A stretch of DNA of 63,799 nucleotides, counting the filler, from Atractiella rhizophila (lineage: Eukaryota): NCBI GenBank assembly GCA_021432655.1. It is 48 parts of 48 records of this genome, joined end to end, with 100 filler letters (N's around TTAATTAATTAA, not from the genome) between each part and the next. Parts side by side here need not be neighbours in the genome. Positions count along the whole stretch, not along the records: positions 39,103 to 40,327 come from MU273075.1; positions 40,428 to 41,649 come from MU273076.1; positions 41,750 to 42,968 come from MU273077.1; positions 43,069 to 44,286 come from MU273078.1; positions 44,387 to 45,602 come from MU273079.1; positions 45,703 to 46,918 come from MU273080.1; positions 47,019 to 48,231 come from MU273081.1; positions 48,332 to 49,544 come from MU273082.1; 40 more parts are not named here. One strand, written 5' to 3'. Shown here one piece after another: positions 39,554-50,638 of the stretch. Position numbers and translations under genes: made by a program. The stretch's first letter is position 1, and each line of letters starts with the position of its first letter. The notes beneath the pieces were generated by a model, which was not told the DNA's origin, made no database searches, and saw only the letters and a list, made by a program, of their open reading frames with translations.

Positions 39554-40233
39554 TACAGATCTTTGGATCGGAATGCAGCTGTAGTGCATTCCGTTTTCCT
39601 TGTTTCTTCTTCCTCTTCAGTTTCAAGTATTCTTTGGCAGCTGTTCCTCCTGGGAGCTGTAGTGCAGATCTGACACGCATTTCCTCAGTTTCGTCTCACA
39701 CGTTCAACAGTTCTGTGTCAATCGTCATCCATTTCATCTCATGCTCTAAGCAATGGACGCCTAAGCCTTCGGAAAGATGCCTAAGCCTGCTGCATCACAT
39801 CCCAGCAACCATGAAGACCCTGGGAATTTGTCTGACGACGACCACGCATTCAGCGCCGATTCGCGAGAAGTTCCTCGTTCTAATGAAGGCACCGGAGTTC
39901 AAAGGCTTTCGATATTGCAGCTGTATTCTCAACCTGGCCGTTTTCTCAGCGCCAAACTGACAATTTTGGCCCATAATTTCGCTTCTTATCGCGTACAGCA
40001 TCACCCCTTGCCTGATCTGCTGCCCGAACACCTTTCTCGCCTTCCAGCCCATCCCAAGTCCAAACCGTCAAGATTTTCAAAGTCCCCGACAGAACGAACA
40101 AGGTCTTCGAATCATGGCTATCGACAACGGCGGCATCTGTGCCTTCTCCACGCTTTACATGCTCGCGGCCGGAAATCTTTTTGACGTTTCCGAAGGAGAA
40201 GAGGTCTGACCGTGCAATGTTTTCGATCTCATC

Positions 40234-40327
40234 TGTGTCAGAGTTTGGCACCGTTTTAAGCTGCATTCGTGCCACTGTCATTTGTGGCTCTAGTTTTCTT
40301 TCCCCTTTGCCGTTTCCCTCATTTTGC
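40234..40327 (+). mobile_element. 5' part of family C LTR-like repeat
   Basis: Near-identical to the first ~94 bp of 12089-12203. Confidence 0.65.
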
Positions 40328-40427
40328 NNNNNNNNNNNNNNNNNNNNNNNNNNNNNNNNNNNNNNNNNNNNTTAATTAATTAANNNNNNNNNNNNNNNNN
40401 NNNNNNNNNNNNNNNNNNNNNNNNNNN

Positions 40428-41649
40428 TTTCAAGGCTACATGTATGGCTCTTAGGCTATTAGAAAGTGACGAAGAAGGGGATTATTGCCTCAATGAAGCC
40501 AGCACAGTCAAGAATGGCTTTGCGATGCGATTTCTGTTTCTCTACACCCTGATATTCGGAGTCGCCAGCGAACCCAGAAGATTATGGGACAGCCATCATG
40601 AGCAACTCAGGGGCGATTGTAAACATCTTCTACGGACAAAACATGGTGTACACAATCCAACGAATGAGCAAATTATCAGCCTCTATCTCCTCGAAATTGA
40701 AGATCTCCTCCAGGCTCATGGTAAATCCCTAAGTGACTTCGGACTGCCACAACCCACAGAGCGACTACAAAGATAGGGAGGTGAGATAAGGATTATTGGA
40801 GAAGAACTAGCATATGATTGACCACTACTTCAGGCATGTATTCAGACAGAGTTACCGTTAGTAAATCTGGACCAAGGCCACGCTTATGACAGAGTTGTAG
40901 AAGCATGGCAAAGTGGAAATGGTGGATTATTTTTTATCAATGGGTCAGGATAGACTGGAAAGACTTTTATTGAAAACCCAGGTGCATTTAGTAGGGAAAA
41001 TTGCGCTGGAAGTGGCCTCTTCCGGTATTGCTGCTATTCTGCTGGAAGGTCCACAAACGACCCATACTCGCTTCCAGATCCTATTGGACATTAAAGCTGA
41101 TTCTGCCTGTGGTGTTACAGCTCAAAGTAATGATGGTTGACTTGGTCGAGAGGCAGAATTGATAATTTGGGATGAAGTGGGAATGAGTCATCGATGGTGC
41201 TTTGAAGCAGTCGACCGGATGCTGAGAGATATACGTCAGGTGGACGTGCCTTTCAGTGGAGTTATTTTGGTTCTCGGTGGTACGTGCATCAAGTCAAAGA
41301 GTTCATGTCTGATAAATAATTAGGTGACATGTGACAATGCCTCTCAGTCATCTCCAAAAGCTTCACGTGCACAGATCGTCGATACATATGTCATTAACAG
41401 TCCCTTTTGGCCAGCAGTTTGAGTCCTTCCACTCACAGTAAATATGTGCCTGCTCCGTCGTCAGGCCAAAATGAGTAGTCAAGACTTTGCTATGGCCTCT
41501 GGCTTTGCTAAATGGTTGTTGTCAGTTGATAATGGCACAACAGATAACCCGGAAGACTGTGGCCGTGGTCCATTGACTATGAAGGACCAAACAATAGTCC
41601 GGCGACCCCGTGGTCTGGACGGTCTCCTGACTGACATATACCCTGGACT
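40428..41649 (+). pseudogene. Helitron Rep/Pif1-helicase, decayed, with a spliceosomal intron (41280-41323)
   Basis: GKSLSDFGLPQP, FFINGSG*TGKTF, VASSGIAAILL, LIIWDEVGM, FEAVDRMLRDI and LG|GD..Q, with several stops and frameshifts. Confidence 0.93.
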
Positions 41650-41968
41650 NNNNNNNNNNNNNNNNNNNNNNNNNNNNNNNNNNNNNNNNNNNNTTAATTA
41701 ATTAANNNNNNNNNNNNNNNNNNNNNNNNNNNNNNNNNNNNNNNNNNNNATCCCGCTTGCTTGCCTGTTGAGAATCCGTTTATGATACATACGATATTCC
41801 TGTCATTATGATACCTGCAGTAATGATGATAATGCTTATACCTTTGATGCCTCCAAGACTGGCTCTCCCAATGTAAATGCAGATCTCCAGATGGCCAGAT
41901 GAGTGAATACTTTCCACTCAAATGCGGAAGGTCAGACAGGAGAAGAGATCCAGGCACCGACGACCACC

Positions 41969-42900
41969 ATGTCAACAGGTTATTCCCTCTCCGCCGTTGC
42001 CTACCACAAGGTGCTCCTCCATGCCACCAAGTATGCTCACAGCGACATCTGCGGTCTTCTCCTTGGACCGTCAGGATCGACCAACGTGGTGGATGCCATT
42101 CCGCTCCTGCACCACTGGACCGCGCTCTCTCCCATGATGGAGGCGGGTCTTGAGCTCGTACGCTCTTCTTCTCCCGCTAGCATAAATACTAATCTCTTCT
42201 GTGGCTGGGTGTTGTTGGAATGCATAGGCGGAGGTGTATGTAAAGACGAAGGGATGGGATATTCTGGGCTTTTATGAAGCTCGAAAGGGCATGGATGAGA
42301 ATACGATCAGTGGGACGGGGAAGCAGGCTGCCTTGGCGATTGTGAAGAATAATGGAGGCAAAGGATTGGTGCTTGTGGTGCGTCATTTCGAATTGTTTTG
42401 TGACCATTTAAAAGCAGAAATTTTGCTCATTCTCAAAACACGGTTATCATGAGATACATCTGTCAGAAGAATCTTTGCGTATACTATCTTTTTTTTCTTG
42501 AAATATTTATCGTCCCTACGTGATCTTAGAATACCACATTGTACCCTCTGTTTTACGTTACCAACATCAACGTAATCGAGGTGCCAGCTGACGAGTTTTT
42601 TATAGGTTGACAACACAAACATCGCAGTTGATGATACCCCGTTCATCGTGAGCATCCTCCATACTTAGCTCGAGCTTTCTCTAATGACATCACCAGCCAT
42701 ACCTTCCTGCTGGAAGCAACGCCTTTGAACCCCGAATTTTTTCATCCATCGTCACTCTCGCGGATCCCTCCGCTTGCACAGCCGAACATTACAAGTCGTT
42801 AGTGAAGCGTAAAGAACATGAGAAGCTCTCAGACTTTGATGATCACCTCGAGGGGATATCAAAGGATTGGTTGAGGAATGATTCAGTGCAAATCCTGTGA
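41969..42900 (+). CDS. ER membrane complex subunit 8/9 (UPF0172), complete, 4 exons
   Basis: AYHKVLLHATKY..ICGLLLG..VVDAIPLLH..LSPMMEAGL...VDN...LSDFDDHLE..DWLRN. Confidence 0.92.
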
Positions 42901-43068
42901 TAGTATGATAGCGATACATGATGTTGCATTGCATAGTAGTCACCCATACTCACTACCACACAAGAGACNNNNNNNNNNNNNNNNNNNNNNNNNNNNNNNN
43001 NNNNNNNNNNNNTTAATTAATTAANNNNNNNNNNNNNNNNNNNNNNNNNNNNNNNNNNNNNNNNNNNN

Positions 43069-44286
43069 TGAGAGATATCAAAATCTGAGGCAGAGTACTC
43101 GATGCACATGTCCTGAGTGCCCTTGAGATAGCGCATGAGGTGTTTGGCAGCTTCCCAGTGCCTCTTGCCAGGATTGGAGAGGAATTTTCCGAGGACAGAG
43201 ACAGTGTGGGCAATGTCAGGGCGTGTAGCAACTGCAAGTTACATGAGAGAGCCCACAACATGGCTGTAGGGAATGGTTCGCATCTCTTCTTCGTCTTCCT
43301 TGGTCTGAGGACAGTCTTGCTTCGATAAACTGTGTGTTGGATTAGGTGTTATATTTTGTGGTCTTGTGTTGTGTGGTCAGCCACCTTTGTTGTGTTTGCT
43401 TCACTTCGGAGTTTTAGCCCCCTGGGGGGCAGTTTAGGCGGTCATCATTTTTGACCACCAATCTCTGTCCCCTAGCTCCATCCAGCATCAGATTCTCTCA
43501 GTGGGGGTGTTACTGGCCGCTCTGGGGCTGCCTGTGGCATGTCTGGTGCTTTAACCCTCTCTTGCTCCGCTTCCTGATCGTCTCCTTCATCCCTCGATCC
43601 TTCAAAACGATTTGGGGATTCCACCCTGAGTCTCTCACGTTCTCCTTTATCCTCCAAAGTGTCCTCCTCCTCCTTATCTTCACCAAAATCCAAAAGGACG
43701 GCAGGAGCATCTCTCTTTTCTTCTCCCACCTGATCCTGACGTTCTTTCCATCGTCCAGTGGCCCCTGAGGCGGTTCCAACACGTTTTCCTTCCTCCTGAC
43801 TTTGCAGAGCATCTCCCTCTCATCAAATTTCACAATATCTCTGGTGTAGACCTTCTTAGACACTGGATCCCAGAATCCCAGCCTTTAGCGCTGGTAGAGT
43901 AACCTATAAAGGCACATCTGCATGTATGGGATGCCAGACTGTGCCTTCTTTCGTCCTTCTGAACTTGGACATACGCAGTAGAGCCTAGGACTCTGAAACA
44001 CGAAATATCGACCAGTTGCCCTGTCAATTTCGTGTGGGGAATGGAGTGATTGATGGAGGAAGAGGGGGATCTGTTCCTGATGTGAACCACAGCCGAAGCA
44101 AGATGAGCCAGAGGAATAGTGGCAAACCAGATTCCTCCAGTATCGCCACCATCCCCTCCTGAATCGTCCTATTCGCTCTCTCTGCTCTCCCATTTTGATG
44201 AGGAGAGTTCCTAATCGTTTGCTCACGCTGGATGCCACAATTTCGAAGATATTCATCAAAATCTGTTGAGGAGTAGGCGCCTTCTT
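43069..44286 (-). mobile_element. Rearranged Copia remnant: integrase/SH3 region (43501-44286) and RT C-terminus (43069-43330) separated by an inverted LTR
   Basis: TPHQNGRAERANRTIQE, HIRNRSP, FRVLGSTAYV and CAFIGYS on one side; IPYSHVVGSLM*..RPDIA..SNPGKRHWEAAKHLMRYLKGT on the other. Confidence 0.92.
43335..43500 (+). mobile_element. Family B LTR (166 bp, intron-less form)
   Basis: TGTTGGA...CTCTCA, homologous to 60722-60886(-) and 60450-60594(+). Confidence 0.8.
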
Positions 44287-44393
44287 NNNNNNNNNNNNNN
44301 NNNNNNNNNNNNNNNNNNNNNNNNNNNNNNTTAATTAATTAANNNNNNNNNNNNNNNNNNNNNNNNNNNNNNNNNNNNNNNNNNNNTGGGTAG

Positions 44394-44579
44394 TGACAGA
44401 ATCATACACCTCCTTTCGCCACTTGCGTCCTTGCATGTTTAGTTTCCTTCGAGCACTTTCCGGAACTGTGGCCTATCTTTTGCCACAGGGATCCCTCTGT
44501 TATAAAAGCTTGGAAACCTGCAAGTGTGAGACTTATACTCAGTGTTCTCTTGCACTTCACAGCGCTCATACATTTGTCA
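44394..44579 (+). mobile_element. Family A solo LTR (186 bp, intron-less form)
   Basis: TGACA...TGTCA termini, flanks GGTAG/TGTAG (4 of 5 TSD match), TATAAAA at 44501. Homologous to 54420-54660. Confidence 0.85.
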
Positions 44580-45493
44580 TGTAGAAACCTGAAGAGTGCC
44601 CATTGGCATAAGTAAGATATAAGAAAGTAAAAGGCTACTCACCTCACACAATACAACACTGCGTAACACCGCGAGTAAAAGACAGATGGGTGATTGTGTG
44701 TGAGGGAGAAATGACTGAGACAGATTGGAAATTGGAACAAGGAATCAGGTAAGTACTTCGACACAAACATTGCACATTAACAGTAACTTCTAACCCGCAT
44801 TACAGCTTGCAGGTTAGCTATGCCGACAGTCAATGTGGAGACAGAGACAAGGAGGTCTCTCTTTCGCTCAGCGATTCTTACATTGATTGATGATCTTGAT
44901 GGGCGTAGACTTGAGATTGTGGAAGATGTTTAAGCTAGAGGATACTGTATTGGGAAAGAAGAAATCAATGGCTGTGCTAACCGTGTATAGTTCAGTATAA
45001 TTTCTATCAAAAGTAATAAAGTACTCATCTTGAGTCCTTCAACCCGGGATCATTGGCTGGTGTCTGAATGCAGTCAAGGGGGAGCAGGCGCAGGGTCATT
45101 CTACTTCTTCCTTGCCTAGTCCCCTGATGGACATCCTGGCTAGTTTCCAGGGTTGATCCGCCCTTCATGAAGCTGATGGGACACAGCTCATTTCACAGTA
45201 TAAATTCATCCTACCCATTGGTTCGTCACACCTTTTGCTTCTCAAATTGCACTTGTAAAGGTCTCCCAATCTCGTTCCTTTTGAGCTTGAGGTAGCTTTT
45301 ATTCTAAACCATTCAAAGAGGGTGTGTTCTCTTCTTTCCACCCTCTTTCTTTACTTACAAACCCTCTGCTTCATTGGGCTGTGTAGCTAGCGGTGATGAG
45401 TTCGAAATACAGGGTCTAACACACAATTTGCATAGTAGAAGATATCATAGTATAGAGACATGAGAGGGAATGAAGTAAAGCTTGATGAGTTTA

Positions 45494-45602
45494 TGAGGGC
45501 GACAGGGTGCGAGGCTGCGAGGTGCGAGACCAACCAATAAGGATGTGATTCTAGCTATGTAAAGATGAAATACATTACCTGCGAGGTGCGAGACCAACCA
45601 AT
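45494..45602 (-). mobile_element. 3' part of a family-A-related LTR-like repeat with a 64-nt GT-AG insert (45515-45578)
   Basis: Minus strand reads ATTGGTTGGTCTCGCACCTCGCAG|GTAATGT...ATTGGTTGGTCTCGCACCTCGCAG|CCTC. The insert start resembles the family A insert. Confidence 0.65.
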
Positions 45603-45702
45603 NNNNNNNNNNNNNNNNNNNNNNNNNNNNNNNNNNNNNNNNNNNNTTAATTAATTAANNNNNNNNNNNNNNNNNNNNNNNNNNNNNNNNNNNNNNNNNN
45701 NN

Positions 45703-46918
45703 TCCACCCAATTAAAAGTACAGCACAAGACACTTTGAGACCCAGATGACAACCACCTTGGTGTGCAGCCCAGGTCGTCAACCTTGCAGCTCAAGATGCA
45801 ATTGCTGCCGCTGGAGTTGGAATTTCGTCTGATGAGATTGATGTCTATATGCTTAATAAGCAGTTGGGGTTCTCGACGAAGATTGTGGAGGAAGCAACAG
45901 AAAATCCAAAGGAGAAGGGCAGGGATAAGGATAGCTCTGAGAAGAAATCTTTGGAGAATGTGGCCTTAGCTTGTGATGAGGAAGGCTGGTCTGAAGCTGA
46001 GTCTGAGGCAACTCATATCTCTGCAAATGAGGAAAGTAACTGGGATATAGAACAACCTCAGCCTCTGCTTGTACAGGGAACTGGCATAATCAAGTGGTTG
46101 AAATGGAGTGTACGGGATAAGGTACGCTGTTTCATTTCATCATGCAGCTTGATTAACTAGTAACATAGATTGTCAAATTCTCAAAGGGCCTTTCAGCAGA
46201 CACTTGGACGATGGAAGACATTCCTCAAGGTTTCACAGAAACACTTGAAGCCAAAGGATCAGAATCTTCTCCTGCTCATGATCAATACGACATGCTGGAC
46301 TCTACAAACAAGACCCTTCAACATGCTTTGAGATTGTGAAAGGTATGACATTGAGCTTGAGTATTGATCTGCCCAGTTAACAGGTTATATACTCTCATTA
46401 GGCAATTCACCACTTTTATGATCTACACTGCAGAGCGTTCTACAAGTATTATCCTACTGAAGAGGAATGGAAGGAAACCAGCACTATGTCAGCAGGCCTT
46501 ACTGTTTGTTGTTTTCTTGTTATCATCTTGTCTGCTCACTCATTCTTCCGGCAGCTATTCCAGACAGTAACAGATGACCTTCAGGCAACGACGTCTTCCC
46601 TGGTGACGTCCTGCCAGCTTTTCAATGCCTTAATATCACCCTCTCAGGGTTTTGGAAGGATGAGGCCATATCGTTCTTCCACCCAAGTGTTGAGGCAGCT
46701 CAAAAGAAGCTGCTTAAGTACTATGATGGAATGCAGAAGCGGAGGAACTACATTCTTTCTACTGTTGACCACATTCTTGATCTCTGCAAGAAGCCCTGCT
46801 CATGATATCATAGCCTGTCATTCTGGGCACCATCTTGACTTCTTGTGACAATAATGGTGAATCAGCCTTCAGCGTGCTGAGGGGATCTTGAAGAATGAAC
46901 TCCAGCGTGTTGCCTCCA
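45703..46918 (+). pseudogene. Decayed hAT-family transposase
   Basis: WCAAQVVNLAAQDAI (CxxHxxNL-like), INTTCWT (DxxTRW-like), PTEEEWK and AAQKKLLKYY, with introns and frameshifts. Confidence 0.7.
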
Positions 46919-47018
46919 NNNNNNNNNNNNNNNNNNNNNNNNNNNNNNNNNNNNNNNNNNNNTTAATTAATTAANNNNNNNNNNNNNNNNNNNNNNNNNN
47001 NNNNNNNNNNNNNNNNNN

Positions 47019-48231
47019 TGCGAATGGAATTCCTAGTTGCCAATATTCTTGAGTAGGGGGTGAACCTCATCCAGTTCTTCCACATTGGTCGAATCTTGCG
47101 GCAGGTGCGTTTCAATGCTTCTGCAGAGTAGTGCTCCTAATAGGTGCCTTAGTCAACATCGAATGAGCTGTGGAATTGGGTCGTCCTGGGAGGATTCTTT
47201 GTTTTGGATGTAACGGACCAAATTTTCAAAGGTTCGTCGCCTATTACCAGCTACCAGTGCGCTGCCTATCCGAAGGTGCTGACGACGGTGTTGAAATAGC
47301 CGTTTTCTTCTCCCAAAATATCCGAGGGGTAGCCACTCGAGGCAAGGGGTCCTACTTCTATGAAAAGACCATTCTCTAACTCAATGGCTTCTTAGGACAA
47401 GCTGCTGCTTTCTATCCTGTGAGTAGCTTTGATCGATGGCTAAGTAGTCTCTCACTCATCCATTTGCCTAGTCCCCTCGTTCCATTGTATCATTAGGTGT
47501 ATTCGGGTGTGATTTCCATTAATCATTTGGCAACGAGATGTCTGAGGAAGCTTGTTCTACTTATGCAGTGGCCTGATTCCTTTAGCTGTGCACTGCTTCT
47601 ACATCAAGGTGGGTAGTCTCTTCGTATCCTCAGAGCAAAACTCATGTCCTTCCCACTCGAAAGCGCATCCACCAAATCTCGCGGACATGGAGATATCGCT
47701 ACCTAGTTTGGGTCTTTCTCGCTTTGTGCCTCGCTACGAGCATTGTTGCAGTGAGTAGTCTGCATGATTGTAGAATAATCCTCACTATGGGGATGATACA
47801 GCTAGTATACGGTGTTCTGTCTGGAATCGTCGGGATGCGAAAAGCGATTGACTACTTTCCTGGTATGTACTGTTTCCTTTCCTCTAATCAGAGTAAATGC
47901 TGAGCCAGAACGTAGATATCAAAAAGTATTATCTACTCTCACCGTCTCTAAGCATGAAATATTTACTGACCAGTTTCCTCCAGAATCCCAGTTCCTTGGC
48001 TTGCGGGTATGGTTTCCGTCGCTCTAATCAAGGCGTTCTTAACTCACGTCGCGACTCTTGTAAAGGTGACGCTGCAGTGGATGGCGCTCTATGGTATGCC
48101 TCACATTCCCACTGAAATGAAACCAACTGACTTTCCTCCAAGCTTCATTTTGATAACATACCTGGCAAGTCAACGCACAGAGTTCCAGGATACGAACCGA
48201 TTGCTCGCCCGCTGGATAGCCATAACGTAGG
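47019..48231 (+). CDS. Multi-exon integral membrane protein (DUF6534-like), partial
   Basis: A chain of small exons with GT..AG introns. GLIPLAVHCFYIK|RIHQISRTWRYRYLVWVFLAL resembles 'VQxFYxxRIxxLS'. Confidence 0.4.
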
Positions 48232-49850
48232 NNNNNNNNNNNNNNNNNNNNNNNNNNNNNNNNNNNNNNNNNNNNTTAATTAATTAANNNNNNNNNNNNN
48301 NNNNNNNNNNNNNNNNNNNNNNNNNNNNNNNTAACACTGACTTCATTGTGGTAGACTGCTATCGCATGCTTACAAGACAGGATGATGGTTATAAATCACC
48401 TATTCTGGAACGAACAAATCAAAGGGTTGCATTGCCTGTCACTGTGAGAATTTGTTTACGGATTGTGATCACCAGTACAAGCTGAAGTGTCATACAGGAT
48501 GTCGAATGCATTGTAAATGTCAATCGGCAAGGTGTATTGTCGAAGATGACGGCGCTCCTGTGTGGCAAGAGAGAGAAGCAATCCAGACCAAGCACAAGCC
48601 AAAGGTGCTTCATCGAGACGAAGGTGCCAGAGTCGTTATAAACACTTCCATTACCAGATCATTCTTCCTCCTACTTCACTTCCTGACCCACTTTCACGTC
48701 AAGACATCGCTAGGAGAGCCGTGGAAGCTATGGAAACCAAAGATAAAGCGGAAGCAGAAGCGGAGCTGAACAAGAAAGTGTCAGGCAGGAAGAGGAAGGC
48801 TGATGGAGCGGGTCAGCCTAAGAAGGCTCAGCAAAATGTGACATACAGAGAGGTTCGTCAAATCGTTTCTAATGTAGCATTAATAATCATTGGTAACGGA
48901 CACACAGATAACCCGAAAACGACCTCAAATCTCACATCGAGCATTATCCTCCCCTTCCGGCTTGGCTTTGACCTCAACGGAAGTTATTAATGAGTCAACA
49001 TTGTCGCAAATGGCATCGACTATGCGTCACAATTCAACCTCCTCCAACAACTTCTTCTATCAGGCACAGCTTCTGCAATTCAACATGCAACAAAGACAGT
49101 CTTTGAGTAAATGTCAGATGGACATTATCATCGGGCAACGAACTGCACTGGAAATCGATAGCGAAGAGGAAGAATATGAATTTCAGGACGATTGGGAGGA
49201 TGCTGGTACAGACGGAGGTTGGGAGGATGTCACAGAGACGATGTACCCGGGAACAGAAGGTCTTTAACGTGTATATCCTTACCTCTAAAAGCCATCCATT
49301 CTTGGCATGAGTCATAAAACGCACTTTTGAGCCTTTATACCTCCCTCACCAGGCACATTAAAACGAAATGAAGTACACCATCTTCCTGCATATGCTTGCG
49401 CCTTTCTGAAGCTTCGAGGAAATTTTATTCTGAAGGGGGTAAAAAATAGGTTTCATACTGGACTCGAACCCTCACAAGAGTCACAGTAGGGTTCAAGGGG
49501 CCATGCCCCTTGCGAGTGGGTTGGGGGGCCTGAGGGACGAAGGCNNNNNNNNNNNNNNNNNNNNNNNNNNNNNNNNNNNNNNNNNNNNTTAATTAATTAA
49601 NNNNNNNNNNNNNNNNNNNNNNNNNNNNNNNNNNNNNNNNNNNNTTCTCGTCGGATCCAACCTGTTTCGTGTTTGTTCGAGGTTCCTCCCTGATGCTTCG
49701 TGAGAGAACGTTCTTGGATCCTGTCTTCAAAAATGCGAACACATTGGGCTATAGTTCCGTGACACAAATGCCTTCCATCCGTCAGCCAGCTTAAGCTATA
49801 AAAGGCTTGATTCTTTCACCATCACCAGCATTCACGTTCACATTCCCACA

Positions 49851-50638
49851 ATGGCTCCGAAAGAGCAGCGGCGAGGTCAGAGACAACGGACTTTGAAGAA
49901 CATGTCAAAGTGGAATAACGAGGATGGAACGTCATTAAGCGAGAAGGAGAGGAAGAAGGACTCGGAGGAAGAGTAAGCCTTTGACTGCAATCAGTTGTGG
50001 GTTACACTGACCGGCGACTGAAGGCTCTTCGGAATCCCTGGATATGAGTTTATCAAGGTTTTGGCATCCACTAGCAAAACAGCACCTCAGCACGCAAACG
50101 CAGTGCGTCTTTCCCACTTGGTTTTTCAGTTAAAGACTTCCGGACTGAAAACTGATCGTTCATGCAGAAGAACTCAGCCTTGTACACGAAAGCGGTTGCG
50201 CTCCTTGACCAGCTTGACTCTCAAGCTGACGACAACGATGCGCTCCTTGACCAGCTTGACTCTCAAGCTGACGACAACGATGACCCCTTCCATGCCGCAT
50301 TCTCTGGATGGCGCCCTTCCTCCCCCGTCGATGTTGGATATCAAGACGGGCTCAAAGCATTCACAACTCTATGGAAGCGGCTTCAGCAAGTTTCTTCCGT
50401 TCCCGAAGTCACTCTACGAGCACGCAAAGCATATCTTTGTGCTGCTGCAGAGCACATCCACGCTGTACTCCTTCCCGAAGGTCTCGTTGATTTGATGGGA
50501 CCGGATCAACTCTATATCCCACAGCAAGAAGAAGAGGAGGGCGAAGATGTGACGACCCTAGACCGGAGGAGATTGATGCGGTTGAAATTGCAGATGTTAC
50601 CTCTGAAGGTAGACAGTTCAAAAACAAAGAAAAAATGA
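49851..50638 (+). CDS. Hypothetical multi-exon protein with a 14-aa tandem duplication
   Basis: TATAAAA about 50 nt upstream, ATG at 49851, donors GTAAGC and GTGCGT, and a long exon from ~50168. The 3' end is uncertain. Confidence 0.45.
50198..50281 (+). repeat. Perfect 42-bp tandem duplication (ALLDQLDSQADDND x2)
   Basis: Read directly from the sequence. Confidence 0.95.

Noticed and set aside
49441..49480. Pol III B-box GGTTCGAGTCC followed by a T run on the minus strand
   Set aside because: No T-stem pairing, no A-box and no cloverleaf, so it is not callable as a tRNA or SINE.
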